Below are positions 12,775 to 25,490 of a stretch of DNA of 64,000 bases, piece after piece. Origin of the DNA: Octopus vulgaris. Its lineage: Eukaryota. A program made the translations under genes and the position numbers. Numbering within the stretch: the stretch's first letter is position 1; every line of letters begins with the position of its first letter. The stretch lies in the NCBI GenBank assembly GCA_951406725.2, contig OX597823.1, forward strand, positions 112,096,001 to 112,160,000, written 5' to 3'. The notes beneath the pieces were generated by a model. It was given only the letters and a program-made list of their open reading frames with translations, did not search any database and was not told the origin of the DNA.

Positions 12775-13925
12775 ACAGCTAACTGGCTTCCGTGCCGGTG
12801 GCATGTAAAATAGCACCATTTAAGCGTGATCATTACCAGTGTCGCCTTCCTGGCACGTGAAAAGACATTTGAGCGAGGTCGTTGCCAGTTCTGTTGGACT
12901 GGCTCCTGTGCAGATGGCACGTAAAAAACACCATTTGAGTGTGGCCATTGCCAATACCGCCTGACTGGCCCTCATGCCAGTGGCATGTAAAAGCACCCAC
13001 TACACTCTCGGAGTGGTTGGCATTAGGAAGGGCATCCAGCTGTAGAAACTCTGCCAGATTAGATTAGAGACTGGCACGAGGGCCAGTCAGGCAGTACTGG
13101 CAATGGCCATGTTCAAATAGTGTTTTTTTACATGCCACCTGCACAGGAGCCAGTCCAGTGGCACTAGCAACAACCTCGCTCAAATGTTTTTTCATGTGCC
13201 ACCAGAACAAGTGCCAAGTGAGACCATAACCCATGGCCTATGCCGGGGTGGGGGGTAACCAGCCCACTTATGTGTACCTTTCTTTCATTGGACACTAAAT
13301 TCTGCTTCCAAAGACCTGTTGAGACAAGTGAAATCGAAATTTACCCTTTTACCTTGTAAAAAGCACCATTCGAGCATGATCATGCTCGAATGGTTCTTTT
13401 TACGTGCCACTGGCATGGAAGCCAGACAGCGGCTCTGGCAACGACCACACTCAGATGGTGCTCTTAGCACTCCACTGGCGTGGATGCTGGTCGTCGAATT
13501 TGATTTCGATTTCACTTGTCTCAACAGGTCTTTGAAAGCAGAATTTAGTGTCCAATGAAGGAAAGGTACACATAAGTGGGATGGTTACACACCTGGCATA
13601 GGCCACGGGTTATGGTCTCACTTGGCTTGCCGAGTCTTCTCATGCACAGTATATCTCCAAATGTCCCGGTCACTAGTCATTGCCTTGGTGAGGCCTAATG
13701 TTCAAAGGTCGTGCTTCACCACCTCATCCCAGGTCTTCCTGGGTTTACTTCTTCCACAGGTTCCCTCAACTGCTAAGGTGTGGCTCTTTTTCACACAGCT
13801 ATCCTCATCCATTCTCACCACATGACCATACCAGAGTAGTCATCTCTCTTGCACACATCTTCTTTGGTCCAACTTTTCTCAAGGTACTTACACTCTGTCG
13901 TGTATACACACTGACATTACATGGA
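12775..13925. mobile_element. Rearranged RTE LINE 3' fragments in alternating orientation, including RT C-terminus (minus, ~13630-13925)
   Basis: Sense 12775-13075, antisense 13075-13215, sense 13217-13340, antisense 13385-13925; last part homologous to 42950-43300. Confidence 0.8.
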
Positions 13926-14136
13926 ATATATATACCATGAAACTGGGAAACCAGACCTTGTGAGTCAGTATGATTCAAGAAGGTAACTTTACCTTTACAG
14001 TTTACTCTCAGTCACTTAAATGTCACAAGCTCTGATATTATGCATCTGAAGCCTTGAGACATATTTAGACTTATATGTAACCTGAAACGAGACATTTAAC
14101 AACGGTCGTTTTACTATATTATCATTATAGTATTAT

Positions 14137-14352
14137 TGGTTTCAAATTTTGGCACAAGGCCAGCAATTTCAGGGTAGTGGGTAAGACAATTATATCGACC
14201 CCACTGATCAGATGGTACTTATTATATCGACCCCTAAAAGGATGAAAGGTAAAGTTGATCTCAGTTGGAATTTGAACTCAGAAGCATAAACACAGATGAA
14301 ACATTGCCAAGCCTTTTGCCTGGCCTGCTAATGATTCTGCCAGCACACCACC
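14137..14352 (-). mobile_element. Older Meta-like SINE copy
   Basis: TATCGACCCC...AAGGATGAAAGGTAAAGTTGA...GGAATTTGAACTCAGAA. Confidence 0.75.
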
Positions 14353-14529
14353 TGACATCATTATAGTGTCGTTACTATTATTAGTAGTAGTATCATTATT
14401 TCTCAGCTGTAGGCGAGGTTATAAATACCTGCCAAGTGACAACCAGTAGCCAAGGGCAAGCACTGTAGTATAATGTTATTGCTCAACACAGCTTTCGGTC
14501 CTGTTGTGTTTTCAATCCTGGCTCAACTA

Positions 14530-14713
14530 CCATCATCATCACCATCATCATCATCGTTATCATCACCATCATCATCATCATTGTCATCATCATCATCATC
14601 ATCATCGACATCATCATCATCGTCATCATCATCATCGTTGTCGTCGTCGTCATCATCATCATCATCATCGTCATCACCATCATCATCGTCATTATCATCG
14701 TCATCATCACCAC

Positions 14714-14773
<60 letters not shown>

Positions 14774-14895
14774 TGTCATCGTCGTCGTCATCATCATCAT
14801 CATCATTGTCATCGTCGTCGTCGTCATCATCGTCATCACCACCACCACCACCACCACATCATCATCATCATCATCATCATTACTATCATTACTAT
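14530..14895. repeat. (ATC/GTC)n microsatellite
   Basis: Source of the poly-S/H/M ORFs. Confidence 0.96.
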
Positions 14896-15338
14896 TAGAG
14901 GAATCTTCTTATCATAGATAAGCGCACTGTCTATTTAGTATTTAGGTCACTACCTAAATACAAACGATAGAGTACTGTGAACATGATGAGAAAAAGATGC
15001 AATAATGTTTCTATATAAACACTGAAGTAGAACTCAATGTAAAATTAAACACAATATACTCTAATAATATAATTAATATATTAATTTGGTAAATTGTTGG
15101 CACAAGACCAATATAGAACATTGATATCATTTATTGGCATAGAGCCTACTAACCTACAGAGAAAAGTACTGACAGGCATTTATTTTATTGACTCTGGTGG
15201 GTTGAAATACAAATTTATCTCTGCTGGGGTTTAAATTCGGAACACAAATTGTACAGGGTATATTCAGCAAACCACTCGGAGACACAATGCATTTTCGTTT
15301 TCTTCAATGTTTTCCGTATTGTGTTGTTGTAGTAAAAT

Positions 15339-15737
15339 TACTCTTTTACTCTTTTACTTGTTTCAGTCATTTGACTGTGGCCATGCTGGAGCACCACCTG
15401 TAGTCGAGCAAATCGACCCTAGGACCTATTCTTTGTAAGCCTAGTACTTATTCTATCGGTCTCTCTTGCCGAACTGCTAAGTTACAGGTATGCAAACACA
15501 CCAGCATCAGTTGTCAAGCGATGTTGGGGGGGGGGACAAACACAGACACACAAACATATACACACACATACATATATATGAAGGGCTTCTTTTTGTTTCG
15601 ATCTACCAAATCCACTCACAAGGCTTTGGTCAGCCTGAGGCCATAGTAGAAGACACTTGCCCAAGGTGCCACGCAGTGGGACTGAACCCGGAACCATGTG
15701 GTTCGTAAGCAAGCTACTTACCACACAGCCACTCCTG
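15339..15737 (-). mobile_element. Full-length tRNA/CORE-like SINE
   Basis: Same family as 11714-12161. Confidence 0.9.
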
Positions 15738-16405
15738 TTGATTCATAATAAATATATATATTTGTATATACATATATGTATATTATATATCATATATTTT
15801 ATATATGTACATGCGAGTGTGTATACAATAAGAGGCCTATTCAGTTCTGGACCCTTTTCTCATACTTTGCCCCAGCCTCTTAGCAGGCAGCTGTCGCCCT
15901 CTTTACTGTGGGTCAATAAGTAAAGGTGAACCAAAAATCAGACAGAAAAAACCATGGCAAAGCAGACCTCAGAGCATGTCTCATCCTGTCCAACCAACCT
16001 TGCCAGCATGGAACATGGACATTAAATGATGTTGATGAAGATGATGATGATGGTGTGCCTGTTTGATGTCTGGATGTATGTGTATGTGTGTGTATGTATA
16101 CATATCTATATGTATGTATGTATGTGTATATGTGTGTATAGATCATTGTGTGTAAGCGTGTTCATGTCTACACCTTTCCAAATAAAACTAGTGCTGTAGT
16201 TTGGCAGTTCAATATTGATAAAATAAGACTGACAGACCTACAGAGGTTGACATGAATCACTGAGGTCCATTTGTAAATGGTGACCCACCTTCATTGGTGT
16301 CTAATTAGTGAAAACTAAGAGAAATAATTAAAAATATATACTGACATCAACATGTATATATATATATATGATCAAAATAAGCAACAAGGACATCCAGAGG
16401 TAATG

Positions 16406-16488
16406 CAGTACGATCGTTTCATACAACTTCATTTACTAGAACAATGCAATTGTTACATCAATTTGAAATGCAGAGCAATCTTCAGCTG
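16406..16488 (-). ncRNA. Type I hammerhead-like motif with long stem II region
   Basis: Minus strand CAG-CTGAAGA-TTGC..~50 nt..GTAT-GAAAC-GATC-GTA-CTG; palindromic stem III identical to the 20454 copy; element flanked by (TA)n on both sides. Confidence 0.55.
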
Positions 16489-16515
16489 TCTTTGTGCATT
16501 TATACCATATGCTCC

Positions 16516-16557
<42 letters not shown>

Positions 16558-18501
16558 GAATTTTGGTAAGCGGTGTTGATTTTACAAATCTGTATCACTT
16601 ATAGATAATGCATATGTAAATATATATATATATATATGTCCATATGAATGTATTTGGACATATATACACAGACACACATAGATATATCTCACAGAGGTTT
16701 AATTCAATTTGACTTCATCAGATTAATTAATTCTTGTTGGATTTTAAGTGCTGATGATGGTATTTCTTTAATGGTAAATTAATGATCTTTGAAGATATAT
16801 TCCAAAATTTCAACTGAAGGACACAGATTATGATTTTTATAATTAAAAGATAGAAGAAACTGTAATTGTCACCATTGAAATATTTTTATTGTTGCTGTTG
16901 GTGTCTTCATAGTTATATAGATCAAATTCCTCATTTTTACCATTGGCATCATTAATGGTACAATTTACCATTACCTTCAATTCTTCCCTCAACATCATCA
17001 TTATAAATAATCTTCATCTCATCATTCACAAAATAATCAACAATACCATGACTATCCCATTGATGATGATACTGATGATGGTGACCATGGTGACAACAAC
17101 AACCATCATGTTCTTGTTGCTGTTGTTGTTGTCATTGTTGCCAAATTTGTTGTTGCTGTTGTAGTTATCATCATCCACATTGGCATCTTTATAATCAATT
17201 GCTTCATAAATTTCATTTTCCTCTTCTATTTCTACTTCCTCCTCTTCCTCCCCCACTCCCCATCATCCTCCTCATTATCTTCATGTTCATCATCATCATT
17301 ATCATCGTCATCATTACCACCTCCATCACCATCATCACCATCATTATCGTCACATCATATAACATCTGAGTGGTCAGTCAATCTATTAGAAATAGAAACC
17401 AAATCTCTATCAAATTCCACCCTAACTGCATTAAGAATGGAAAGCAACAATGTCTGAATAAAGACACGATGTCATGGATTGAAGACTTTTGATCATAGGT
17501 TTGCTTACACAATGGTAAATTACAGCAACTCGTTTTGGTTAATTATTAATTAACAAGCATAGTAGTTTTACTAGTATTTAATTAATGATCCCAGAATGAA
17601 AGAAATGTAGAGATAACTATGCCAGATTTTGAACTCAGAACATAAATTGAATGAGATTAAATGCATCAATCCATTTAGTCCAACTCTGTATGACTTCTGC
17701 AAACTCCTTTCCGTTTGCTAGTAATTAGTAAACTGAGTAAATACAACACTCCTTAACTAATCTACTGTTTTAATTACCGTATTGATTACAACCCTAAATG
17801 TACCCTACCATATCGGTGTAATGGAGCACGATAATAAATAATTAGCAGAAATTTCAGAAACAATTTTTATAATGTTAAAGGTTATTTCAATTTTAGCTAT
17901 GGTTGAATGTTATTTTCTGAATAGGAAAAAATATTTTGATCACAATAATTGTAGTATTTCATTTTTAGTTTTTTTTTTTTTTTCATAATTGCTGATTTTA
18001 TTCAATTTATGTAATGAGATTCAAGCAAAACAAATTCTGGATGTTGTAAATATCTGTATTGTTAGCCAAGTTTTAATTAGTGTCTTTTGTTATAGAAAAT
18101 AAATCTATTAAATGGAATAAAATAATAATTCAGATGATGCTGTGTTTCCATGGAAATATTGTGTTTAGATTAAATGTTACACACTTGCTCAGATATGGCT
18201 GAGATAAGAAGTTCCCCAATCACTTGGTTCTTGGGTCAGTCCCATTCTATAGTACCTTGGGCAAGGGTCTTCTGCCAATAGCCCCAGACTGACCACATCC
18301 TTGTGAGTGGATTTGGCAGAGGGAAACTGAAAGAAGCTCACTATGTGTGTGTGTGTGCCTGTGTCAGTGTTTGTCACCCATCACTACTGGAAGACTGGTG
18401 TGGGTTTTTTATATCTCTGTAACTTAGTGGTGTTCATAAGTGTCTTTACAATTTAAAGGGTGAAAAAGCGAAAATTGTAAATGTAATTTATGGACATACT
18501 A

Positions 18502-19090
18502 TAGGAGTGGCTGTGTGGTAAGTAGCTTGTTTACCAACCACATGGTTCCGGGTTCTGGGTTCAGTCCCACTGCATGGCACCTTGGGTAAGTGTCTTCTAC
18601 TATAGCCTCGGGCCGACCAAAGCCTTGTGAGTGGATTTGGTGGACAGAAGCTGGAGGAGGGTTGTCGTATCATCATCATCATCATCATCATTTAACGTCC
18701 GTTCTCCATGCTAGCATGGGTTGGACGGTTCGACCGGGGATCTGGCAAGCCAGAAGGCTGCACCAGGCTCCAGTCTTATCTGGCAATGTTTCTACAGCTG
18801 GATGCCCTTCCTAACGCCAACCACTCCGTGAGTGTAGTGGGTGCTTTTTACGTATGTATATATATGTATGTGCGTGTATGTTTGTGTGTCTGTGTTTGTC
18901 CCCCTAGCATTGCTTGACAACCGATGCTGGTGTGTTTATGTCCCTGTCACTTAGCAGTTCGGCAAAAGAGACCGATAGAATAAGTACTGGGCTTACAAAG
19001 AATAAGTCCCGGGGTCGAGTTGCTCGATTAAAGGCGGTGCTCCAGCATGGCCGCAGTCAAAATAACTGAAACAAGTAAAAACTGAAACAA
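18502..19090 (+). mobile_element. tRNA/CORE-like SINE interrupted by an antisense RTE 3' end (~18670-18853)
   Basis: SINE 5' half, (CAT)n plus RTE 3' UTR, then SINE 3' half. Confidence 0.88.
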
Positions 19091-19632
19091 GTATATATAT
19101 ATATATATATATATATACCAATCGGTTTCAACCTGGGTATTATATAAATAGATATTAGATAACAGAGTTAAAACATGTTTTTTTGACAAGACACATAAGA
19201 CGTTTATTTTATCAAACAGTGCTGTTGGCACAAACCTGTCATCTTTTCTACATTTTAAAAGAAAAACCTCACCTAAGGAAAGGATACTCAATAGAATTTC
19301 TATTTGTGTTCATCTGAAATGTTGGATGTAGGAGAGAGGAATGAAATTGCAAAGTATGGTTTAGGCATCTTGGAGAATCAATAAAGAAATCCACCTTATT
19401 AGTTTGGGTTCAGTTTTAGGCTCATAAGACTGAGATTGTTTAGGGGGAAGGTTTTGGAACAATTGAAGGATTCAGTTGTAGTAGCAGCAAGAATTGCTTT
19501 CGGCCTTCGGAAACAGAAGTGGAAGAAAATGGTCTATTATTACATGGATGTGTCCAAACACGATGCCAGCGTGGAGAACAGATGCCAAATGCTGATGATA
19601 ATGATGATGATGGTGATGGTTGTGCTAATAAT

Positions 19633-19978
19633 GTGGCGAGCTGGCAGGAATGTTAGCACACCGGGCGAAATGCTTGGCGGTCTTTCGTCTGTCTTTACGT
19701 TCTGAGTTCAAATTCCACCGAGGTCGACTTTGCCTTTCATCCTTTCGGGGGTCGATTAAATAAGTACCAGTTATACACTGGGGTCGATATAATCGACTTA
19801 ATCTGTTTGTCTGTCCTTGTTTGTCCTCTCTGTGTTTGGCCCCTTGTAAGTAGTAAAGAAATAGGTATTTCGTTTGCCGTTACGTTCTGAGTTCAAATTC
19901 CGCCAAGGTCGACTTTGCCTTTCATCCTTTTGGGGTCGATTAAATAAGTACCAGTTACGCACTGGGGTCGATATAGAT
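19633..19978 (+). mobile_element. Meta-like SINE with tandem partial second copy
   Basis: GGCGAGCTGGCAGGAATGTTAGCAC...GTTCAAATTCC...; body repeated from ~19865. Confidence 0.88.
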
Positions 19979-20210
19979 TGTGCTAATAATGATAAAGTGT
20001 GATTGGGTAAAAAAAAGTAATGATGGAATGCTGTAAAAGAAAAGGTAGTCGAGAAATTCTAAATAAATTCTGCATTGATGCCTTGTGGGTGAATTTGGTT
20101 GATGGAAACTGTGTAGAAGCCCATAAATATTGTATATCTATATCTATTGATCTATATATATAAGGACAAATATCTAATGACCATTATTTATATCTTGTCT
20201 GATATATATA

Positions 20211-20311
<101 letters not shown>

Positions 20312-20453
20312 ATATATATTTATATATATATATATATGTATATATTATATTAAATTAGAGACAAAACCACTATTATGCAAATCAAACAAAGAAAGACTTA
20401 AGCCAATACATAAATTAATTTATATTATTTAGAAATGTAACAATTATTAATAT

Positions 20454-20516
20454 CCACTACGATCGTTTCGTGTCTTCAGTCATCAAATCTATGAGTAGTA
20501 GACATTCATCAGGTGG
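20454..20516 (-). ncRNA. Type I hammerhead ribozyme in a (TA)n-flanked element (~20351-20545)
   Basis: Minus strand CCAC-CTGATGA-ATGTCT...AGACAC-GAAAC-GATC-GTA-GTGG: all core nucleotides, 4-bp stem I, palindromic stem III, GUA site. Confidence 0.8.
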
Positions 20517-20553
20517 TTTCAGAATATTCTTGGCGAGTTTTAAACAATATATG

Positions 20554-20587
<34 letters not shown>

Positions 20588-20644
20588 TATAGATATAGAT
20601 ATAGATAGATAGATATATATATATATATATACACACACATATAG

Positions 20645-20842
20645 TTAATTAAAAAAATGGAGAAAAAAGACAAGAAAAAACAACATGAGGAAGTAGTACA
20701 TGCAAAGTGTTAATGAGACACTCAGAGAAGGAAAGAATGAGTGGTTGTTTTACGTTCCGAGCATAGCTCTTGTTTGGAACAAGAGATATTGGAAAATCCA
20801 TGAGAAAAGAAAGAAGGAGAAAAGAAAATTCCAACAGTCCAT
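20645..20842 (-). mobile_element. (TA)n-flanked mini-element with decayed minimal hammerhead (20745-20782)
   Basis: Minus strand TTGTT-CCAAACA-A-GAGC(TAT)GCTC-GGAAC-GTA-AAACAA; homologous to 33332-33540. Confidence 0.6.
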
Positions 20843-20881
20843 GTATATATATATGTGTGTATATATGTATATATACATACA

Positions 20882-20915
<34 letters not shown>

Positions 20916-20951
20916 TGTATGTATATATATATGTATGTATATATACATACA

Positions 20952-20991
<40 letters not shown>

Positions 20992-21185
20992 TGTATGTAT
21001 ATATATATGTATGTATATATATATATGTATGTATATATACATATATATGTATATATATATATATATATGTATGCATATATACATATATATATATGTATGT
21101 GTATATATACATATGTATGTATATATATATATATATATGTATATATACGTATGTATATATATGTTTTTTTATGTATGTATGTATG

Positions 21186-21224
<39 letters not shown>

Positions 21225-21225
21225 T
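20843..21225. repeat. (TA)n/(TATG)n compound microsatellite
   Basis: Direct reading. Confidence 0.96.
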
Positions 21226-21904
21226 TATTTATACATCTATGTCCTTTGTATCTGAATTTGTCTCTCCACCACTTGACAACCAGTATTGGTTTGTTTACAA
21301 CCCCACATCTTAGTGGTTTGACATAGAGGCCAACAGAATAAGAACCAGACGTGTTCAACTAAATTCCTTGAAGACAGTGCCCCAGTATGGCCACAGTCCA
21401 ATAACTGAAACATTTAAAAGATTATTAATATCCTTGAAAGTAATTAGGCCGATTTAAAGCTTAAAAAATTATCACTAACTTTGCACCTTTTCCAAAGATA
21501 GAAATCAATATAGACACAAGCATTTAGCCTTGTTTTTCACATTTTGAAGTCGTTGATTTACTAGTTCTGAAAATGTTTATTTCCTGTGTTAGTGGAACAT
21601 CTTAACCCAATTCTCTCACAAATCAGAGAAGCTGTGTGAGAGGTGAGAGTGTAGTTTGCTCCCTTTTTAGTCAAGAGATTTCATGACAAGATATGAAACA
21701 TGTATTTTTAGTAGCTATGTTTTGTGTTGCATTAATCTGCCACCTGGGTGTAGTACCATTACTGTTGTCAAGTCATCCACATTTTGTCAAAATTCCTTTA
21801 TTGTTTCCAGCCTTCAACATGTGTGTGTGTGTGTAGGTAAGGTGTCTAAAAGTTCAGAAGTCAGGAAAAAATGCACTCATATATCTGTTAATAGAGTGGG
21901 TATA

Positions 21905-22607
21905 TTATCCGAAGCGTACAGTATTATATATCCACTATGGCCGATCTTACCAAACAACTTCATACTAAGGATCCAACAGTGTTAGGTAACAATCCAATTA
22001 TGTAACAACCCTGCACTCATCAGAGGTAGCCGTTATGGGATGAAATGTGGTGACTGCTCTCTCTCGTGTTGGTGAAAAAGATGGTGAAACGAAACATGTA
22101 GAGGATTGGTTTCAGAGTTATGTCCATTGGTACCACAGGAGTGGTTATGTTGTAAGTCAGAAAGAGTTTTCTGGAAAAGTTTGTGGGAAATGTGTGTGTC
22201 CTTAAGGTTGGTGTTCTTATGGAAATAGAATTTGTGTAGTAGTCTATATGTATAACCTTTGCAGTGAATGTGGCTATACACAACTGTATTTGTTAGTGAG
22301 TTTTCTTTCTTTTATGTATTGGTTAAGTTCGTAGGGTCTTTATGTGTTCATACAGTTTTTCCACAAACTTCTCCAGAAAACTCTTCCTCATTTCGTCTCA
22401 TCATCTTTTTCACAGCAACTGCATACCGGATGTGTCTGTTCACTTCCAACACTAGAGAAAAGTCACTGCATTTCATTCCATAATGGCTACCTCTGATGAG
22501 AGCAGGGTTACATGATCGGGTTGTTACCTAACACTCCTTTGAATCCCTAGCACAAAATCGATTGGTAAGATCGGCCACAATAGATGTATAATACTGTACA
22601 CTTTGAA
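21905..22607. mobile_element. Divergent inverted pair of Penelope-like fragments, each with a decayed hammerhead (minus 21938-22032; plus 22484-22577)
   Basis: Plus copy TGGCTACCT-CTGATGA-GAGCAGGG...CCCTAGCAC-AAAA-TCGATTG-GTA-AGATCGGCCA; minus copy has GTGCAGGG...CCTTAGTAT-GAAG. Confidence 0.65.
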
Positions 22608-22948
22608 TCATCATCGTTTAACGTCCGCTTTCCATGCTAGCATGGGTTGGACGATTTTGACTGAGGACTGGTGAACCAGATGGCTGCACCAGGTTCCAAT
22701 CTTGATCTGGCAGAGTTTCTACAGCTGGATGCCCTTCCTAACACCAACCACTCCAAGAGTGTAGTGGGTGCTTTTTACGTGCCACCGGCATGGGAGCCAG
22801 TCAGGCAGTACTGGCAACGACCTCACTCGAATCTTTTTACACATGCCACCGGCACAGGTGCCAGTAAGGCAACGTTGGTAACGATCATGCTCAAATGGTG
22901 CCCTTTTATGTGCCACGGCACGGGGGCCAGTCAGGCGATACTGGCAAT
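22608..22948 (-). mobile_element. RTE-type LINE 3' end
   Basis: Family 3' UTR in antisense. Confidence 0.85.
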
Positions 22949-23212
22949 ATATTCCTGATATTTATTGTATATACTAAAAAAAATATACTAATACTCAAGA
23001 TATCAGTTTCTTTTGGCATATATTTAATTTTTCCTTGTTGATTAATCTGTTCAATTTTTAGGGAATATTTCAAATTCTACTAAGGTAAACTTGGCATTTC
23101 ATCCTTTTGGGGTTGATAAAATAAGGACCATTTGAGCACTGGGATCAATATAATTAACTTACCCCTCCCCCAAATTGCTGGCCTTGTGCCAAAATTTGAA
23201 AACAACATTTAA

Positions 23213-23434
23213 CCCTTTCGTTACCAACCTGGCTGAAACCGGCTCTGGCTCTTTAGTATAAATGTCTTGTTTTCATAAGTTTTGAATTCAAATCTTCCAG
23301 CAAATCTTAGTCACGATTTATATTCCTAACACTAGCTTAATGATAACGAAGTTATTTTACTTAAAATCTTTGTTATATTTAAAATAATTGAAAGAAACAC
23401 AGAGCATCTCAAAATAAATACAGTAATGAAAGGG
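23213..23434. mobile_element. piggyBac-type MITE, family B
   Basis: TTAA|CCCTTTCGTTAC ... GTAATGAAAGGG|TTAA. Confidence 0.9.
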
Positions 23435-23951
23435 TTAAGAAATATTTCCTTCATCATCTTGAGCTTAATTTCATCACTGTTTCCTCTCTACAAATTCTCA
23501 CCAATATATTTGCTTCGCTTTCATGCAACAATATTAACTACTCTGCATCTATTTAGCATTGGGAAATTTGAAGAATTTTCTTTTAGCAGCTTGGTATAGT
23601 GCTTAGTATATATACAGTACTGACTTGCACAAAAGAATATTTTTCCTCCTAAAACTGCTTGAAATCACTTTTCTTGATTGTGCGATGAAATACATTAATT
23701 TTTTCCCCCACAAAATATCCACGAAAACTACGGGCATCTTATGTGGAGTTGTCTTTCATGAATGGTAAAGAGTTTACATTTCTGTCTATCTAATCTATCT
23801 GTCTGTCTGTCTGTCTGTCTATGAGTATGGATGTATGTATATCATATCTCATTGCACATAAGATGTATCTCTACATAAGATGTGCCCCTATATTTCAAGA
23901 ATATTTTGTCAATATATTCATATGATACATCCATCCACATATGTATGTATA

Positions 23952-23982
<31 letters not shown>

Positions 23983-24129
23983 CTCACGATAGATGTATAC
24001 ATAGATATATAAATGTATATACATATATACATACATACATATATATATATTTATATACATACACACACACACGTCTTTTTATGCATAGCTACATACCTAC
24101 CTGCCTGCCTACCTACCTATCTACGTAGA

Positions 24130-24355
24130 TACATATATATATATATGTATACATGTGTGTATATATATATATGTATTATGTATGTGCATATATATATATA
24201 TACGTGTATGTATATATATATGCATATATATGTATATATATGTGTGTATATATATATATGTATATGTATATATATATGTATGTGTATATATATATATGTA
24301 TGTGTATATATATATGTGTATATATATATGTGTATATATATATATATATATAATT

Positions 24356-24390
<35 letters not shown>

Positions 24391-24490
24391 ATATATATAT
24401 GCATATATATATATGTATGTTTATATATATGTATATATGTATACACACACATGTATGTATGTATTTATGTATGTATGTGTATATATAAGT
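24130..24490. repeat. (TA)n/(TG)n compound microsatellite
   Basis: Direct reading. Confidence 0.95.
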
Positions 24491-25269
24491 ATATTAAAAT
24501 TGGCTACAGTGCAGTCCCTTATAATAATTGGATCTTCTCAATGTTATAAGGTCAATAGAACTTGGTAAGATCAAAATATACATTCAGACTGGCAATCACC
24601 TTCCATTTAATTGCTTCTTTGACAGCTTCAATTTAGCTTCTGTCTCATCTTGTTTGGACTACATTCTTAAGATCCGCTGCTAAAATATATCTTTCTTCGG
24701 TTTCAAATGAAACACTAAATTAGATGACAGCTTTAAGTATTTCACCATCCATTATTTCTTGTAAAATTATTGGTTTTAAAACCAATTTATCTATCTGTCT
24801 TTCTATCTCGCTATTTATCTATCAATCTTTTTCATTGTGTTTCCGTCGGTTAATATATCTAGCTCTCCGCATACCTATTTATTTATATATCTTATAACTT
24901 TGTGTGTATGTATGTGTGTGTAGGCATATACACAAACATACTCACATAACTAATTATCTCCAGTCTCTAATTATCCATTCATCATATATGTATCTTTTGT
25001 TTTTTAATGGTTTTGTCAGAAGAGAAAGGAAGGTGACTGCAGCTCCCTGTTTCTAAGATTGCTAGAAGAATGAAGGAAATTATCCTTAAAGCAATGAGAC
25101 CCAATGTGAATTCTTTCAACAAAATAGACTCCCACTCAAGGCACCTATGGGCTAGGAGGTGGTGTTAAACATTGAGAAGAACTGTGTCTACCACCCAAGT
25201 ATAGGAACCAAGGTTCTGAGAAGCTTCCACACAGCTCTTGTTCTCAAGGTTTTGGTTGGCTCAGCTTAA

Positions 25270-25490
25270 CCCTTTCATTACCAACCCGACTGAAACCGCC
25301 TCTGGCTCTGTAGTACAAATGTCTTGTTTTCACAAGTTTTGACTTAAAATCTTCCACCAAACCTTAGTCACAATTTATGTTCCTAACACTAGCTGAATGA
25401 TAACTAAGTTATTTTACTAAATTCTTTGTAATATTTAAAGTAATTGAAAGAAACACAGAGCATCTCAAAATAAATGCAGTAACGAAAGGG
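25270..25490. mobile_element. piggyBac-type MITE, family B (second copy)
   Basis: TTAA|CCCTTTCATTAC ... GTAACGAAAGGG|TTAA; colinear with 23213-23434. Confidence 0.9.
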
